64,000 nt of DNA from Actinomycetota bacterium (GTDB lineage Bacteria > Actinomycetota > CALGFH01). The translations under genes were made by a program, and so were the position numbers. The notes beneath the pieces were generated by a model. It did not search any database. It was not told the DNA's origin and was given only the letters and a program-made list of their open reading frames with translations. Positions 24,928 through 33,853 of this stretch are shown here, piece after piece (within the stretch, counting starts at the first letter, position 1; each line of letters opens with the position of its first letter). Location: positions 2,440-66,439 of the forward strand of contig JBEDUQ010000081.1 of the NCBI GenBank assembly GCA_040414855.1, given 5' to 3'.

Positions 24928-27900
24928 ATGGCTGGCATGGCCAGCGATCTCCGAGTCGGCATTCTCGGCCCGCTCGAATTGCGGGTCGGCTTCGGCGAGC
25001 CCGTCGCCGTGGTCGGGCCGAGGCTGCGGACGCTGCTGATCCGGCTCGCGCTCGACCCCGACCGGGTCGTGCTCGCCGGCCAGCTGGTCGACGCGGTCTG
25101 GGACGGCCAACCGCCGGCGGCAGCCACCAACGCGCTCCAGTCGCTGGTCTCGCGGCTGCGGCGCCTGCTCCCCGACGTGGTCGAGTCGCACGCGGCCGGC
25201 TACCGCCTCGCGCTCGAACCCGAGGCGGTCGACGCGGTTCGGTTCGAGCGGCTGGTGCTGGCCGGGCGCGAGCGCCTGGGCGAGGACCCGATGGCCGCGC
25301 GCGACCTGCTGCGCGAAGCCCTGGGGCTGTGGCGCGGGCCGGCGCTCGCCGACGCCGCCGACGCGCGCTTCGCCGGCGCCGCCATCGCCCGGCTCGAGGA
25401 GCTGCGCCTCGGCGCCACCGAGGACCGGATCGACGCCGAGCTGGCGACCGGCCCGAGCGACGCGCTGGTCGCGGAGCTCGACGAGCTGGCCGTGGCGCAC
25501 CCGCTGCGCGAGCGCCCGCACGGCCAGCTCATGCGCGCCCTGTCGATGTCCCACCGTCAGGCGGAAGCGCTGACCGCCTACGAGCGCCTCCGCCACCGCC
25601 TCGCCGACGAGCTCGGCATCGACCCCTCCGAAGAGGTCCGCGCCATCCACCTCGCCGTCCTCCGCGGCAACCTGACACAGGGACCCGCCGCCGCTCCGCC
25701 CCGCGCGGCATCCACCGAGTCGCCACCTCGCGAGACCCCTCCCGCCGCCGAGGTGGCACCTGGCGAGACCGCATCCGCCAGCGTCCCGCCCGCCGCCGAG
25801 GCGCCGCCGGCGGCGGAGGCGGCGGTGCGGACGAACCTGCGGGCGCAGATCACCAGCTTCGTCGGGCGCGCGAACGACATCGCGCGGATCGAGGACCTGC
25901 TCGCCTCCTGGCGGCTGGTCACGCTCACGGGACCGGGAGGGGCGGGCAAGACCAGGCTGGCCGCCGAGGCGGGCGGTCGCATGCTCGACCGGATGCCCGA
26001 CGGCGTCTGGATGGTCGAGCTGGCGCCGGTCGTCGATCCGCTCGACCTGCCCCGCGCGGTCCTGTCGCTGCTCGGCGCCAGGGAGGTGGGCCTGCTCGCC
26101 CGGCGCGGCAGCGGCGCGGTGCCGCCGATGGAGCGGATCGTTCAGGCGATCGGCGACAAGCGCCTGCTGCTGGTGCTCGACAACTGCGAGCACCTGGTCG
26201 CCGCCGCGGCGGACTTCGCCGACGCGCTGCTCGCGCGCTGCCCGAACCTGCGGGTGCTCACCACCAGCCGCGAGCCGCTCGGCATCACCGGCGAGGCGCT
26301 GCACCCGGTTGGCCCCCTCGCGATGCCGGACGAGGATGCCACCAAGACCCCGGCCGAGGCGCTCCGCTATCCGGCCGTTCGGCTGTTCGCCGACCGCGCC
26401 GCCGCGGGACGGCCCGGATTCGCGGTCGACGACGCCACCGTCGGGCCGGTCCTGCGCATCTGCCGGGCGCTCGACGGCATCCCGCTGGCGATCGAGCTGG
26501 CCGCCGCGCGGCTCCGGTCGCTCTCCCCCGACCAGATCGCCGCCCGGCTCGACGACCGGTTCCGCCTGCTCGCGGGCGGCAGCCGCGCCGCCCTGCCCCG
26601 GCACCAGACCTTGCGCGCGGTGGTCGACTGGAGCTGGGACCTGCTGAGCGACGCCGAGCGCATGCTCCTCCGGCGGCTGGCGGTGTTCCCGGGCGGCGCG
26701 ACCCTGGACGCGGCCGAGCGCGTCTGCGCCGACCCCGCAGTCGGCGGGCTCCCGCGCGACGAGGTCATCTATCTCCTGGCGGCGCTGGTCGAGAAGTCGC
26801 TCGTGGTTGTCGACGAGTGCGGCGCCGAGGAGCGCTACTGGATGCTCGAGACGGTCAGGGCGTACGGCGAGGAGCGGCGGCGCGAGGCCGGCGAGGACGA
26901 GGCGCTGCGTCGGGCGCACGCCGATTACTTCGTGGGCCTGGCCGAGGAGGCCGAGCCCCACCTGCGCCAGGCCGACCAGCTGGTCTGGCTCGAGCGCCTG
27001 TCGGCGGAGCAGGAGAACCTGCGAGCGGCCGTGCACTGGGCGATCGACCAGGGTGACGCCGTGCTGGCGCTGCGGCTGGTCGCGGCCCTCGACTGGTACT
27101 GGTTCCTGCGAAGCGCCCGCGCCGAGGGCTCGGAGCTGTCGGCCCGGGCGCTGGCGCTGCCCGGTTCGCCGCCCAAGGTGCTGCTGGCCAGAGTCCTGGT
27201 CATGTCGGCGCTGGTGACGATCTCCGGCGGCGCCGGGATCCAGCGCGCCCTCGCCTCCATGGAGCGGGCCTCCGGCCTGGTGGCCGACCTGCCTCAAGAC
27301 GATCCCAACCTGGCGCATCCCTCGCTCGTGCTGCTGCCCGTGCTGGCCGCGATCCTGCGCGGCGACGACGTGGGCGGCCTCACCTGGGCCAGGGCCCAGC
27401 GAAACCACCCCGACCCGTGGGTGCGCGCGCTGGTGCCGCTGATCGTCGCCCAGCTACTCATCAACCTCGGCGAGGCCGGTGAGGCGCAGCGGCAGCTCGA
27501 CCTCGCGCTGGAGCGGTTCAGCCAGCTAGGCGAGCGCTGGGGGATCGGCCAGACGCTGTTCGCCCGCGTCGAGCTGGGCGCCATGCGGGGCGACGAGCGC
27601 GACGTCGTCGGCGCGCTGAAGGAGGCCGAGCGGGTGCTCGCCAACATCGGCGGCCGCGAGGACATCGGCCAGATCAAGATCCGGCTGGCGCTCGCGCACG
27701 CGAGGGCGGGCGATCTCGACGCGGCCCACCGCGAGCTGGCCGCGGCCGACCGCATCGCCGAGGCGATCGGCAGCGAGGAGCAGCGGGTCTACCTGTTGCT
27801 CACCCGCAGCAACATCGCGCGCTGGGAGGGCAGGCTCGACGAGGCCCGCGCCATCGCGGACGCCGGGTGCCAGGCCTTCGAAGGCGGCTGGCCGCCCTTC

Positions 27901-28323
27901 GACCAGTTCTACGCGCTGCTGCTCACCTCCCGCGGCCACGCCGCCGTCGAGTCCCGCGAGCTCGACGAGGCGCACGACTGGTACCAGCAGGCGCTGGAGG
28001 CGGCCGTCAGGACCAGGGACCGCCCGGTGATGTCCCGCGCCGTCGAGCTGCTGGCTGCGGTCGCGCTGGCCGCGGGCGACGCCGAGCGCTCCGCGTACCT
28101 GCTCGGTCAGGCGGCGGCGCTGCGCGGGGTCGGCGACGAGGCCGACCCGGACGTGCTGCGGGTCCGCACCTCCGCGCGGGCCGCGCTCGGCGACGAGGGC
28201 TTCGGCCTTGCCTACGAGCGCGGGACCGCTTGGCGGCGCGAGGACCTGGTGGAGGCGCTGATGGCCGAGGTCAGTTCCTCCGCCGGTACGCCCGCAGGGC
28301 CAGCGGGGCGAACACCAGCATGA
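24928..28323 (+). CDS. AfsR/SARP-type large regulator (OmpR-like wHTH + BTAD + NB-ARC ATPase + TPR-like C-terminus)
   Basis: ORF 24757..28323. ATG at 24928 or 24937. wHTH LRVGILGPLELRV...LLIRLAL. BTAD AVDAVRFERL...GLWRGPALAD...RLGATEDRIDAEL...LRERPHGQLMRAL...AYERLRHRLADELGIDPS. Pro/Ala-rich linker. Walker A TGPGGAGKTRLA and Walker B LLLVLDNCEHL. Long helical repeat tail. Confidence 0.92.
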   Translation: MAGMASDLRVGILGPLELRVGFGEPVAVVGPRLRTLLIRLALDPDRVVLAGQLVDAVWDGQPPAAATNALQSLVSRLRRLLPDVVESHAAGYRLALEPEAVDAVRFERLVLAGRERLGEDPMAARDLLREALGLWRGPALADAADARFAGAAIARLEELRLGATEDRIDAELATGPSDALVAELDELAVAHPLRERPHGQLMRALSMSHRQAEALTAYERLRHRLADELGIDPSEEVRAIHLAVLRGNLTQGPAAAPPRAASTESPPRETPPAAEVAPGETASASVPPAAEAPPAAEAAVRTNLRAQITSFVGRANDIARIEDLLASWRLVTLTGPGGAGKTRLAAEAGGRMLDRMPDGVWMVELAPVVDPLDLPRAVLSLLGAREVGLLARRGSGAVPPMERIVQAIGDKRLLLVLDNCEHLVAAAADFADALLARCPNLRVLTTSREPLGITGEALHPVGPLAMPDEDATKTPAEALRYPAVRLFADRAAAGRPGFAVDDATVGPVLRICRALDGIPLAIELAAARLRSLSPDQIAARLDDRFRLLAGGSRAALPRHQTLRAVVDWSWDLLSDAERMLLRRLAVFPGGATLDAAERVCADPAVGGLPRDEVIYLLAALVEKSLVVVDECGAEERYWMLETVRAYGEERRREAGEDEALRRAHADYFVGLAEEAEPHLRQADQLVWLERLSAEQENLRAAVHWAIDQGDAVLALRLVAALDWYWFLRSARAEGSELSARALALPGSPPKVLLARVLVMSALVTISGGAGIQRALASMERASGLVADLPQDDPNLAHPSLVLLPVLAAILRGDDVGGLTWARAQRNHPDPWVRALVPLIVAQLLINLGEAGEAQRQLDLALERFSQLGERWGIGQTLFARVELGAMRGDERDVVGALKEAERVLANIGGREDIGQIKIRLALAHARAGDLDAAHRELAAADRIAEAIGSEEQRVYLLLTRSNIARWEGRLDEARAIADAGCQAFEGGWPPFDQFYALLLTSRGHAAVESRELDEAHDWYQQALEAAVRTRDRPVMSRAVELLAAVALAAGDAERSAYLLGQAAALRGVGDEADPDVLRVRTSARAALGDEGFGLAYERGTAWRREDLVEALMAEVSSSAGTPAGPAGRTPA

Positions 28324-29089
28324 TCCCGACCGCCCAGGCGAGCGCCCCGAACAGCGGCCGCGCCACCGGGCCGCTCACCAGCAGCCCCCGCAGCGAGTCG
28401 GTCAGCAGTGTGACCGGGTTGACCTTGACCCACGCCTGCATCCAGCCGGGCATGGTCGAGGTCGGCACGAACGCGCTGCTGGCGAAGGTCAGCGGGAACA
28501 GCACGGTGAACCCGAACACCTGAACCTTCTCGGGCTCGCTCACCAGCATGCCGATCAGCACCGGCATCCACGAGAACGCGAGCGTGAACCCGATCAGCAG
28601 CACGATGGCCCCGACCGCGCTGGCGAAGCCGGTGTGGACCCGGAAGCCGAGGATCGAGCCGACCCCGAGCAGGATCCCGACCGACCACGCCTGCCTGAGC
28701 ACGTCCGCCGAGATGCGGCCGGCGAGCGGCGCCGAGCGGGCGATCGGCAGGCTCCGGAAGCGGTCGAACACGCCCTTGGTGATGTCGGTGTTCAGCGCGA
28801 CCGCCGTGTTCATGGTCAGGAACAGGGCGTTCTGAACGATGATCCCGGCCAGCCCGAACTGGAGGAACTCCTTGGGAGAGCCCGACAGGGCGCCGCCGAA
28901 CACGTAGGCGAACAGCAGCACGAACATCAGCGGCTGAAGGCTGAGGTCGAGCAGCTCCAGCGGGTTGTGCTTGATCTGGACGAGGCTCCGCCAAGCCAGG
29001 GTCACGGCGTGGCGGATCGCGGTCAGGGGACCGATCGCCGTCGGCGGCGCCGCAATGCCGGCGCCCGGTGCCTGGGCCATGGTGGTCAT
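28271..29089 (-). CDS. ABC-2 type transporter permease (DrrB-like)
   Basis: 272 aa, 6 hydrophobic segments. WRSLVQIKHNPLELLDLSLQPLMFVLLFAYVFGG motif. Its 3' end overlaps the SARP gene 3' end by 53 nt. Confidence 0.88.
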   Translation of the reverse strand: MTTMAQAPGAGIAAPPTAIGPLTAIRHAVTLAWRSLVQIKHNPLELLDLSLQPLMFVLLFAYVFGGALSGSPKEFLQFGLAGIIVQNALFLTMNTAVALNTDITKGVFDRFRSLPIARSAPLAGRISADVLRQAWSVGILLGVGSILGFRVHTGFASAVGAIVLLIGFTLAFSWMPVLIGMLVSEPEKVQVFGFTVLFPLTFASSAFVPTSTMPGWMQAWVKVNPVTLLTDSLRGLLVSGPVARPLFGALAWAVGIMLVFAPLALRAYRRRN

Positions 29090-30063
29090 GCTGCGCTCCG
29101 ATCGGAATCGTCCTCGTCACCGGGCTCCACCTCGGTGGTCCGGTGGCCGGTAAGGGTGAAGAAGACCTCGTCGAGGCTCGGCTTGCGCAGGCTCAGCTCG
29201 GCCAGCGCGACGCCGGCGTCGGTCAGTCGCTGGAGGATCGCCGGTGGCAGTGCCGGGTCGTTGACCGGGAGCGAGACCGCGCCCTGCGACAGCTCCGGCG
29301 TCTGGCGCGACAGCTCGGCGACCACGCCGGCCACCGTGCCGAGGTCGGACTCCTCGACCGGGCTGACGACCAGGATCTGGCCGCCGACCTTGGCCTTGAG
29401 CTGGTCGGGGGTGCCGGTGGCGGCGACCTGGCCGCGGTCGATCACCACGATGTCGTCGGCGAGCTGGTCGGCCTCCTCCATGTACTGCGTTGTCAGCAGC
29501 ACGGTCGCGCCGCCGCCGACCAGGTTGCGCACCACCCGCCAGAGGTCGCTCCGGCCCCTCGGGTCGAGGCCGGTGGTCGGCTCGTCCAGGTAGACGATCT
29601 GGGGGTTGCCGACCAGGCTGGCGGCGAGGTCGAGCCGGCGGCGCATGCCGCCAGAGTAGGTCTTGGCCGCCCGGCCGCCGGCGTCCGCGAGCGCGAACTC
29701 GTCGAGCAGCTCCTCGGCGCGCCGGCGGGACGCCTGCCGCGACTGGCCGAGCAGCCGGCCGATCAACATGAGGTTCTCGACCCCGGTCAGCGTCTCGTCG
29801 ACCGCCGCGTACTGGCCTGTGAGGGCGATCAGCCGCCGGACCTGGTGCGCCTGTCGCACCACGTCGAAGCCGGCGACGGTCGCGCGACCCTCGTCGGGTT
29901 GCAGCAGGGTCGCGAGGATGCGCACGGCGGTGGTCTTGCCGGCGCCATTCGGGCCGAGGACGGCGAGCACCGTGCCGGTGCGCGCCGAAAGGTCCACGCC
30001 GGCGAGCGCCACCGTCTCGCCAAAGCGCTTGACCAGACCCTCGGCCTGGATTGCGTCGCTCAT
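29086..30063 (-). CDS. ABC transporter ATP-binding protein (DrrA-like, with C-terminal extension)
   Basis: In ORF 29086..30183. ATG at 30063 gives MSDAIQAEGLVKRFGETVALAGVDL. Walker A GPNGAGKTT, signature YSGGMRRRL, Walker B VYLDEPTTGLD. 4-nt overlap with the permease. Confidence 0.93.
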   Translation of the reverse strand: MSDAIQAEGLVKRFGETVALAGVDLSARTGTVLAVLGPNGAGKTTAVRILATLLQPDEGRATVAGFDVVRQAHQVRRLIALTGQYAAVDETLTGVENLMLIGRLLGQSRQASRRRAEELLDEFALADAGGRAAKTYSGGMRRRLDLAASLVGNPQIVYLDEPTTGLDPRGRSDLWRVVRNLVGGGATVLLTTQYMEEADQLADDIVVIDRGQVAATGTPDQLKAKVGGQILVVSPVEESDLGTVAGVVAELSRQTPELSQGAVSLPVNDPALPPAILQRLTDAGVALAELSLRKPSLDEVFFTLTGHRTTEVEPGDEDDSDRSAA

Positions 30064-30286
30064 CGAAGCTCCTGTCGTCGTTGGTATCGCGGCATTGTGA
30101 ACCCGGCCACTGACATGGCCGTCACATCGTGCTGGCGTGGCCCGCCGCCGCTGGCGCGGCCCTGACACCAGCCTGCCATGCACCTGAGACGTTATGCGGC
30201 GGCACTACGGCGACCACAGCCCCGCGTCGCGACCACGACCTTCCGCGGCGCGGCAACGGCGACTTCGCCCCGCCCTCACCCATCTC

Positions 30287-30352
30287 TTGACAGTCGCTAG
30301 ATTTTGAGAGCTACTTTCAATCACAAGCTACTCTTGAAAGGTTGTAACTGTC
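30287..30352 (+). promoter_or_regulatory. AT-rich promoter/operator region upstream of the MFS pump (TTGACA; 7-bp inverted repeat CTTTCAA-N13-TTGAAAG; direct repeat AGCTACT x2)
   Basis: TTGACA at 30287-30292. CTTTCAA at 30314-30320 and TTGAAAG at 30334-30340. AGCTACT at 30309-30315 and 30326-30332. This is the most AT-rich stretch in the window and lies immediately before the ATG at 30353. Confidence 0.5.
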
Positions 30353-31903
30353 ATGAATGCTCTCGGCTCTCGCAGGTGGTGGGCGCTCGGCGCGCTCGCC
30401 CTCAGCCTTCTGGTCGTCGGCCTGGACGGGACGGTGCTGAGCGTCGCGCTGCCGACGCTGGCGACCAGGCTCCACGCATCGACCGGCCAGCTCCAGTGGT
30501 TCATCGACGCCTACCTCCTCGTCCTGGCCGCCGCGCTGCTGCCGGCCGGCCTGCTCGGCGACCGGTTCGGCCGCAAGAAGCTGCTGCTTGGCGCGCTGGC
30601 GGTGTTCGGCATCTCCTCGGCGGCCTGCGCCTACGCCGGCTCGGCCGGCGAGCTGATCGCCGCCAGGGCGGCGCTCGGCCTCAGCGCCGCGTTCCTCATG
30701 CCACTCTCCATGGCCGTGCTGCCGGTGCTGTTCGAACCGCGCGAGCGGGCGCGGGCGCTGGGGATCTGGGTGACCGCCAGCGCCGCCAGCTTCCCGATCG
30801 GACCGATCGTCGGCGGCTGGCTGCTCGACCGGTTCTGGTGGGGGTCGGTGTTCCTGATCAACCTCCCGGTGGTCGTCCTCGGGCTGGTGGCGGTGGCCGC
30901 CCTGGTGCCCGAGTCGCGCAACCCGCACGCGCAGCGCCTCGACGTTCTCGGCGCGATCACCTCCAGCCTCGGCCTGGCCGGGATGACCTACGGCTTCATC
31001 GAGGCCGGCGAGAAGGGCTGGGGCGACCCGCTCGCCCTGGCGGCGCTCGCCGGCGGCGCGGTGGTGCTGGCCCTGTTCGCGCTCCGGCAGCGCGCGGCGG
31101 GCAGGCGGCCGGACGGGCAGCCGCTGGTCGACCTCGAGCTGTTCCGCTCACGCGGCTTCACATGGGGAGCGATCCTCGCGACCGTGATCTCGTTCTCGCT
31201 GTTCGGGTTGCTGTTCGCCATGCCGCAGTACTTCCAGGCGATCGAGGGCTCCGACGCGCTCGGCAGCGGCCTGCGTCTGCTGCCGGTGATCGGGGGCCTG
31301 CTGGTCGGCTCACGGCTCGGCGACCGGATCGCCCGGCGCGCCGGCGCGAAGGTCACGGTCGCCTCGGGCCTGACGCTCATGGCCGCCGGGCTGTTCGCGG
31401 GCGCCACCACCGACGCCTCGAGCGGCTACGGGCTGGCGGCGGCGTGGATGGCGGTGGCCGGCGCCGGGGTCGGAATCGGGCTGCCGGCGGCCATGGACGC
31501 CGCGCTCGGCGCGCTATCGACCGACCGCAGCGGGGTCGGCTCGGGCCTCATCCAGGCGTGCCGCCAGGTGGGAAGCGTGATCGGCGTCGCGGTGCTCGGC
31601 ACGGTCCTCAACTCGTCGTACCGCGGCGGGCTGGACCTCGGCGGCGTGCCCCCTCAGGTGGCCGCGACCGTCCGCGAGAGCGTTTCGGCGGGGGTCGCGA
31701 CGGCCGATCGCCTCGGCTCCGCGCCCCTGCTCGACCTGGTGCGCGACGCGTTCGTCCATGGCATGGACGCGATGCTGGTGGTCTGCGGGATCGTCATGGC
31801 GGTCGGGGTGGTGCTGGCCGTGCTGCTGCTCCCGGCCAGGCCGGAGCCCGTTGTTCCGCCGCTCGACGCTCGGGCAGAATCGGAGCATGAAATCCACGCG
31901 TGA
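30353..31903 (+). CDS. MFS transporter, DHA2 (EmrB/QacA, 14-TMS) drug:H+ antiporter family
   Basis: 516 aa. RRWWALGALALSLLVVGLDGTVLSVALPTLA and LGDRFGRKKLL motifs are typical of the DHA2 family. Confidence 0.93.
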   Translation: MNALGSRRWWALGALALSLLVVGLDGTVLSVALPTLATRLHASTGQLQWFIDAYLLVLAAALLPAGLLGDRFGRKKLLLGALAVFGISSAACAYAGSAGELIAARAALGLSAAFLMPLSMAVLPVLFEPRERARALGIWVTASAASFPIGPIVGGWLLDRFWWGSVFLINLPVVVLGLVAVAALVPESRNPHAQRLDVLGAITSSLGLAGMTYGFIEAGEKGWGDPLALAALAGGAVVLALFALRQRAAGRRPDGQPLVDLELFRSRGFTWGAILATVISFSLFGLLFAMPQYFQAIEGSDALGSGLRLLPVIGGLLVGSRLGDRIARRAGAKVTVASGLTLMAAGLFAGATTDASSGYGLAAAWMAVAGAGVGIGLPAAMDAALGALSTDRSGVGSGLIQACRQVGSVIGVAVLGTVLNSSYRGGLDLGGVPPQVAATVRESVSAGVATADRLGSAPLLDLVRDAFVHGMDAMLVVCGIVMAVGVVLAVLLLPARPEPVVPPLDARAESEHEIHA

Positions 31904-32504
31904 GATCGGCGGATCGCGGCCCGGCCTGCGGGAACGGAAGAAGGCCCGCACCCGGGCGGCGATTCGTCAGCACGCGATGCGGCTGTTCAAGGAACAGGGG
32001 TTCGCGGCCACGACGGTCGATCAGATCGCCGAGGCCGCCGACGTCTCGCAGAGCACCTTCTTTCGTTACTTCCGCACCAAGGAGGACGTGATCCTCCAGG
32101 ACGACTACGACCCGCGCGCGGTCGAGGCCTTCGCGGCGCAGCCGCCCGAGCTGCCCCCGCTGGCGGCCATGCGGAACGCCATCAAGGAGGTCTACTCCAC
32201 GCTCACCCCGGAGGAGATGGAGCAGGAGCGGGAGCGGCACCGGCTGATGCTCGAGGTCCCCGAGCTGCGCGGCGCGATGCTCGACGACTACACGCGCACC
32301 ATCCGGGTGATCGCCGATGCGGTCTCCGAGCGGGTCGGGCGCAGCCCCGACGACCCCGCGGTCCGCGCCTTCGCCGGCGCCGTGATCGGGGTGGCGATGG
32401 CCGCGACCCTCGATTGGGCGAAGGGGCCTCCCGAGGACTACTCCACCGTCTTCCAGTCGATCGAGTCGGCCATCGGCTACCTGGAGGCCGGCCTCCCGCT
32501 CTGA
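31887..32504 (+). CDS. TetR/AcrR family transcriptional regulator
   Basis: In ORF 31758..32504. ATG at 31887 overlaps the MFS 3' end by 17 nt. HTH region RERKKARTRAAIRQHAMRLFKEQGFAATTVDQIAEAADVSQSTFFRYF. Confidence 0.9.
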   Translation: MKSTREIGGSRPGLRERKKARTRAAIRQHAMRLFKEQGFAATTVDQIAEAADVSQSTFFRYFRTKEDVILQDDYDPRAVEAFAAQPPELPPLAAMRNAIKEVYSTLTPEEMEQERERHRLMLEVPELRGAMLDDYTRTIRVIADAVSERVGRSPDDPAVRAFAGAVIGVAMAATLDWAKGPPEDYSTVFQSIESAIGYLEAGLPL

Positions 32505-32560
32505 CTCCGGTGCCCGGCACCTGGAGTGTCGCCGCCGGTTGTACGCTTCGACCGATCTCC

Positions 32561-33004
32561 ATGGACGCGTGCGGTGCTCACGATCGCGGGTTCGACGTGA
32601 CCGACCAGCCGGCACCCTTCGAGCAGCTCGACTTCCTCTACATGCCCAGTCGCGACGTGGCCGCGGACCTGGCGTACTTCACCGAGGTCCTCGGCGGCCA
32701 CGTGGTCTTCGCCATCGAGGCGATGGGGACGAGAGTCGCCGCGATCGAGCTCACCAAGGGCCCACCGCTGGTCTTGCTCGCCGATCACCTCGAGGGAGAG
32801 CGCCCGATCCTGGTCTACCGGGTGGCCAACCTGGATGCCGCGATTGCCCAGTTGGAGACCCGCGGCTGGGAGCGGCAGGCCGGGTTCGAGATCCCCCACG
32901 GACCGTGCTGCTCGTTACGGACCCCGGACGGCCACCGCGTTGCGCTGTACCAGCTGACCCGACCCGAGGTGGCCGCCCACTTCAATGGGCGCCGTGACTT
33001 CTGA
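32561..33004 (+). CDS. VOC family (glyoxalase-like) protein
   Basis: In ORF 32414..33004. LDFLYMPSRDVAADLAYFTEVLGGHVVFAIE...RTPDGHRVALYQ. Start is uncertain (ATG 32561). Confidence 0.7.
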   Translation: MDACGAHDRGFDVTDQPAPFEQLDFLYMPSRDVAADLAYFTEVLGGHVVFAIEAMGTRVAAIELTKGPPLVLLADHLEGERPILVYRVANLDAAIAQLETRGWERQAGFEIPHGPCCSLRTPDGHRVALYQLTRPEVAAHFNGRRDF

Positions 33005-33014
33005 GCCAATGCTC

Positions 33015-33044
33015 TTGACGAACAGACCAACCGGTCGGTATTGT
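33015..33044 (+). promoter_or_regulatory. Candidate promoter of the TetR gene (TTGACG -35, 18-nt spacer, TATTGT -10), short or leaderless 5' UTR
   Basis: TTGACG at 33015-33020. TATTGT at 33039-33044. ATG at 33054. The operator motif sits between -35 and -10. Confidence 0.5.
33026..33041. promoter_or_regulatory. Operator copy 1: ACCAACCGGTCGGTAT (pseudo-palindrome), putative TetR site
   Basis: An identical 16-mer recurs at 33769-33784. It is palindromic around CCGG with one mismatched pair. Confidence 0.6.
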
Positions 33045-33053
33045 GCTGCGATC

Positions 33054-33707
33054 ATGACGCTCAGGACGCACGAGGACGCGGCGATCCGCACGGCACGCGC
33101 CACCGAACGAGGCTCGGCCACCCGCCAGCACATCCTGGCTGTCGCCAGCGACCAGTTCCTCACCCACGGGTACGCCGGCACGTCCCTGAGCGACCTGATC
33201 CGTGTCGCTGGGATCACCAAGGGGGCCTTCTACCACCACTTCCCCTCCAAGGAGTCGCTGGCGCTCGAGGTCGTGCGCGTCCGGCAGGCGGAGGAGACCA
33301 GGATGGTCCTGACGGCGTCGGCTGGGTTCGACCGTGCGGTCGACCAGCTGCGCGCGGCGGTTCGGGCGGCCGCGGATCTCAAGGACCAGCATCAGGGCCA
33401 GGCGCAGAGCATGCAGCGGCTGTGCGCTGAGCTGTCCGAGGAGGCTGAGCTGGCACCGCAGATCGCAAAGATCTGCGAAGCGTGGATCGACAGCGCCGCC
33501 GACCTCGTCGCCCGCGCCCAGCTCCAAGGCGATATTCGCACCGATGTCGGCGCGCACCAGGCGGCCGAGCTGATGATCGCAACCTTCCTCGGCGCTGAGC
33601 AGCAGTGCGTGATCACCGCCCGCCACGAGGACTTTCATGGCGAGTTCCGCGCACGCACGGCGCGCTGCCTCGATCTGCTGCTCGAGCTGCTGAAGCCGAC
33701 CACCTAG
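33054..33707 (+). CDS. TetR/AcrR family transcriptional regulator
   Basis: In ORF 32985..33707. HTH GSATRQHILAVASDQFLTHGYAGTSLSDLIRVAGITKGAFYHHFPSKESL. Confidence 0.9.
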   Translation: MTLRTHEDAAIRTARATERGSATRQHILAVASDQFLTHGYAGTSLSDLIRVAGITKGAFYHHFPSKESLALEVVRVRQAEETRMVLTASAGFDRAVDQLRAAVRAAADLKDQHQGQAQSMQRLCAELSEEAELAPQIAKICEAWIDSAADLVARAQLQGDIRTDVGAHQAAELMIATFLGAEQQCVITARHEDFHGEFRARTARCLDLLLELLKPTT

Positions 33708-33766
33708 ACGGCGGGCGCAAGGGGGGACCACACGGACCAGCGGGCGGTATCTCAATCGTTCAGGAC

Positions 33767-33784
33767 ATACCAACCGGTCGGTAT
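33767..33784. promoter_or_regulatory. Operator copy 2: ATACCAACCGGTCGGTAT upstream of the MMPL gene
   Basis: 18-bp pseudo-palindrome containing the same 16-mer as 33026-33041. It lies 70 nt upstream of the ATG at 33854 and is followed by a TATGAAT-like -10. Confidence 0.6.
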
Positions 33785-33853
33785 GAATGCGACCGCTCGA
33801 CCACCGGAAGCCAGAAGCGCCACCACGACGCATAGAAGCTTTGAGAGGAAGAC

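Noticed and set aside
24928-28323. The large NB-ARC/TPR STAND ATPase as an Avs-like antiphage sensor.
   Set aside because: The N-terminus is an OmpR-type wHTH plus a BTAD domain, the SARP DNA-binding module. It is not a nuclease, protease, TIR or other effector domain. The architecture is that of AfsR-type transcription activators.
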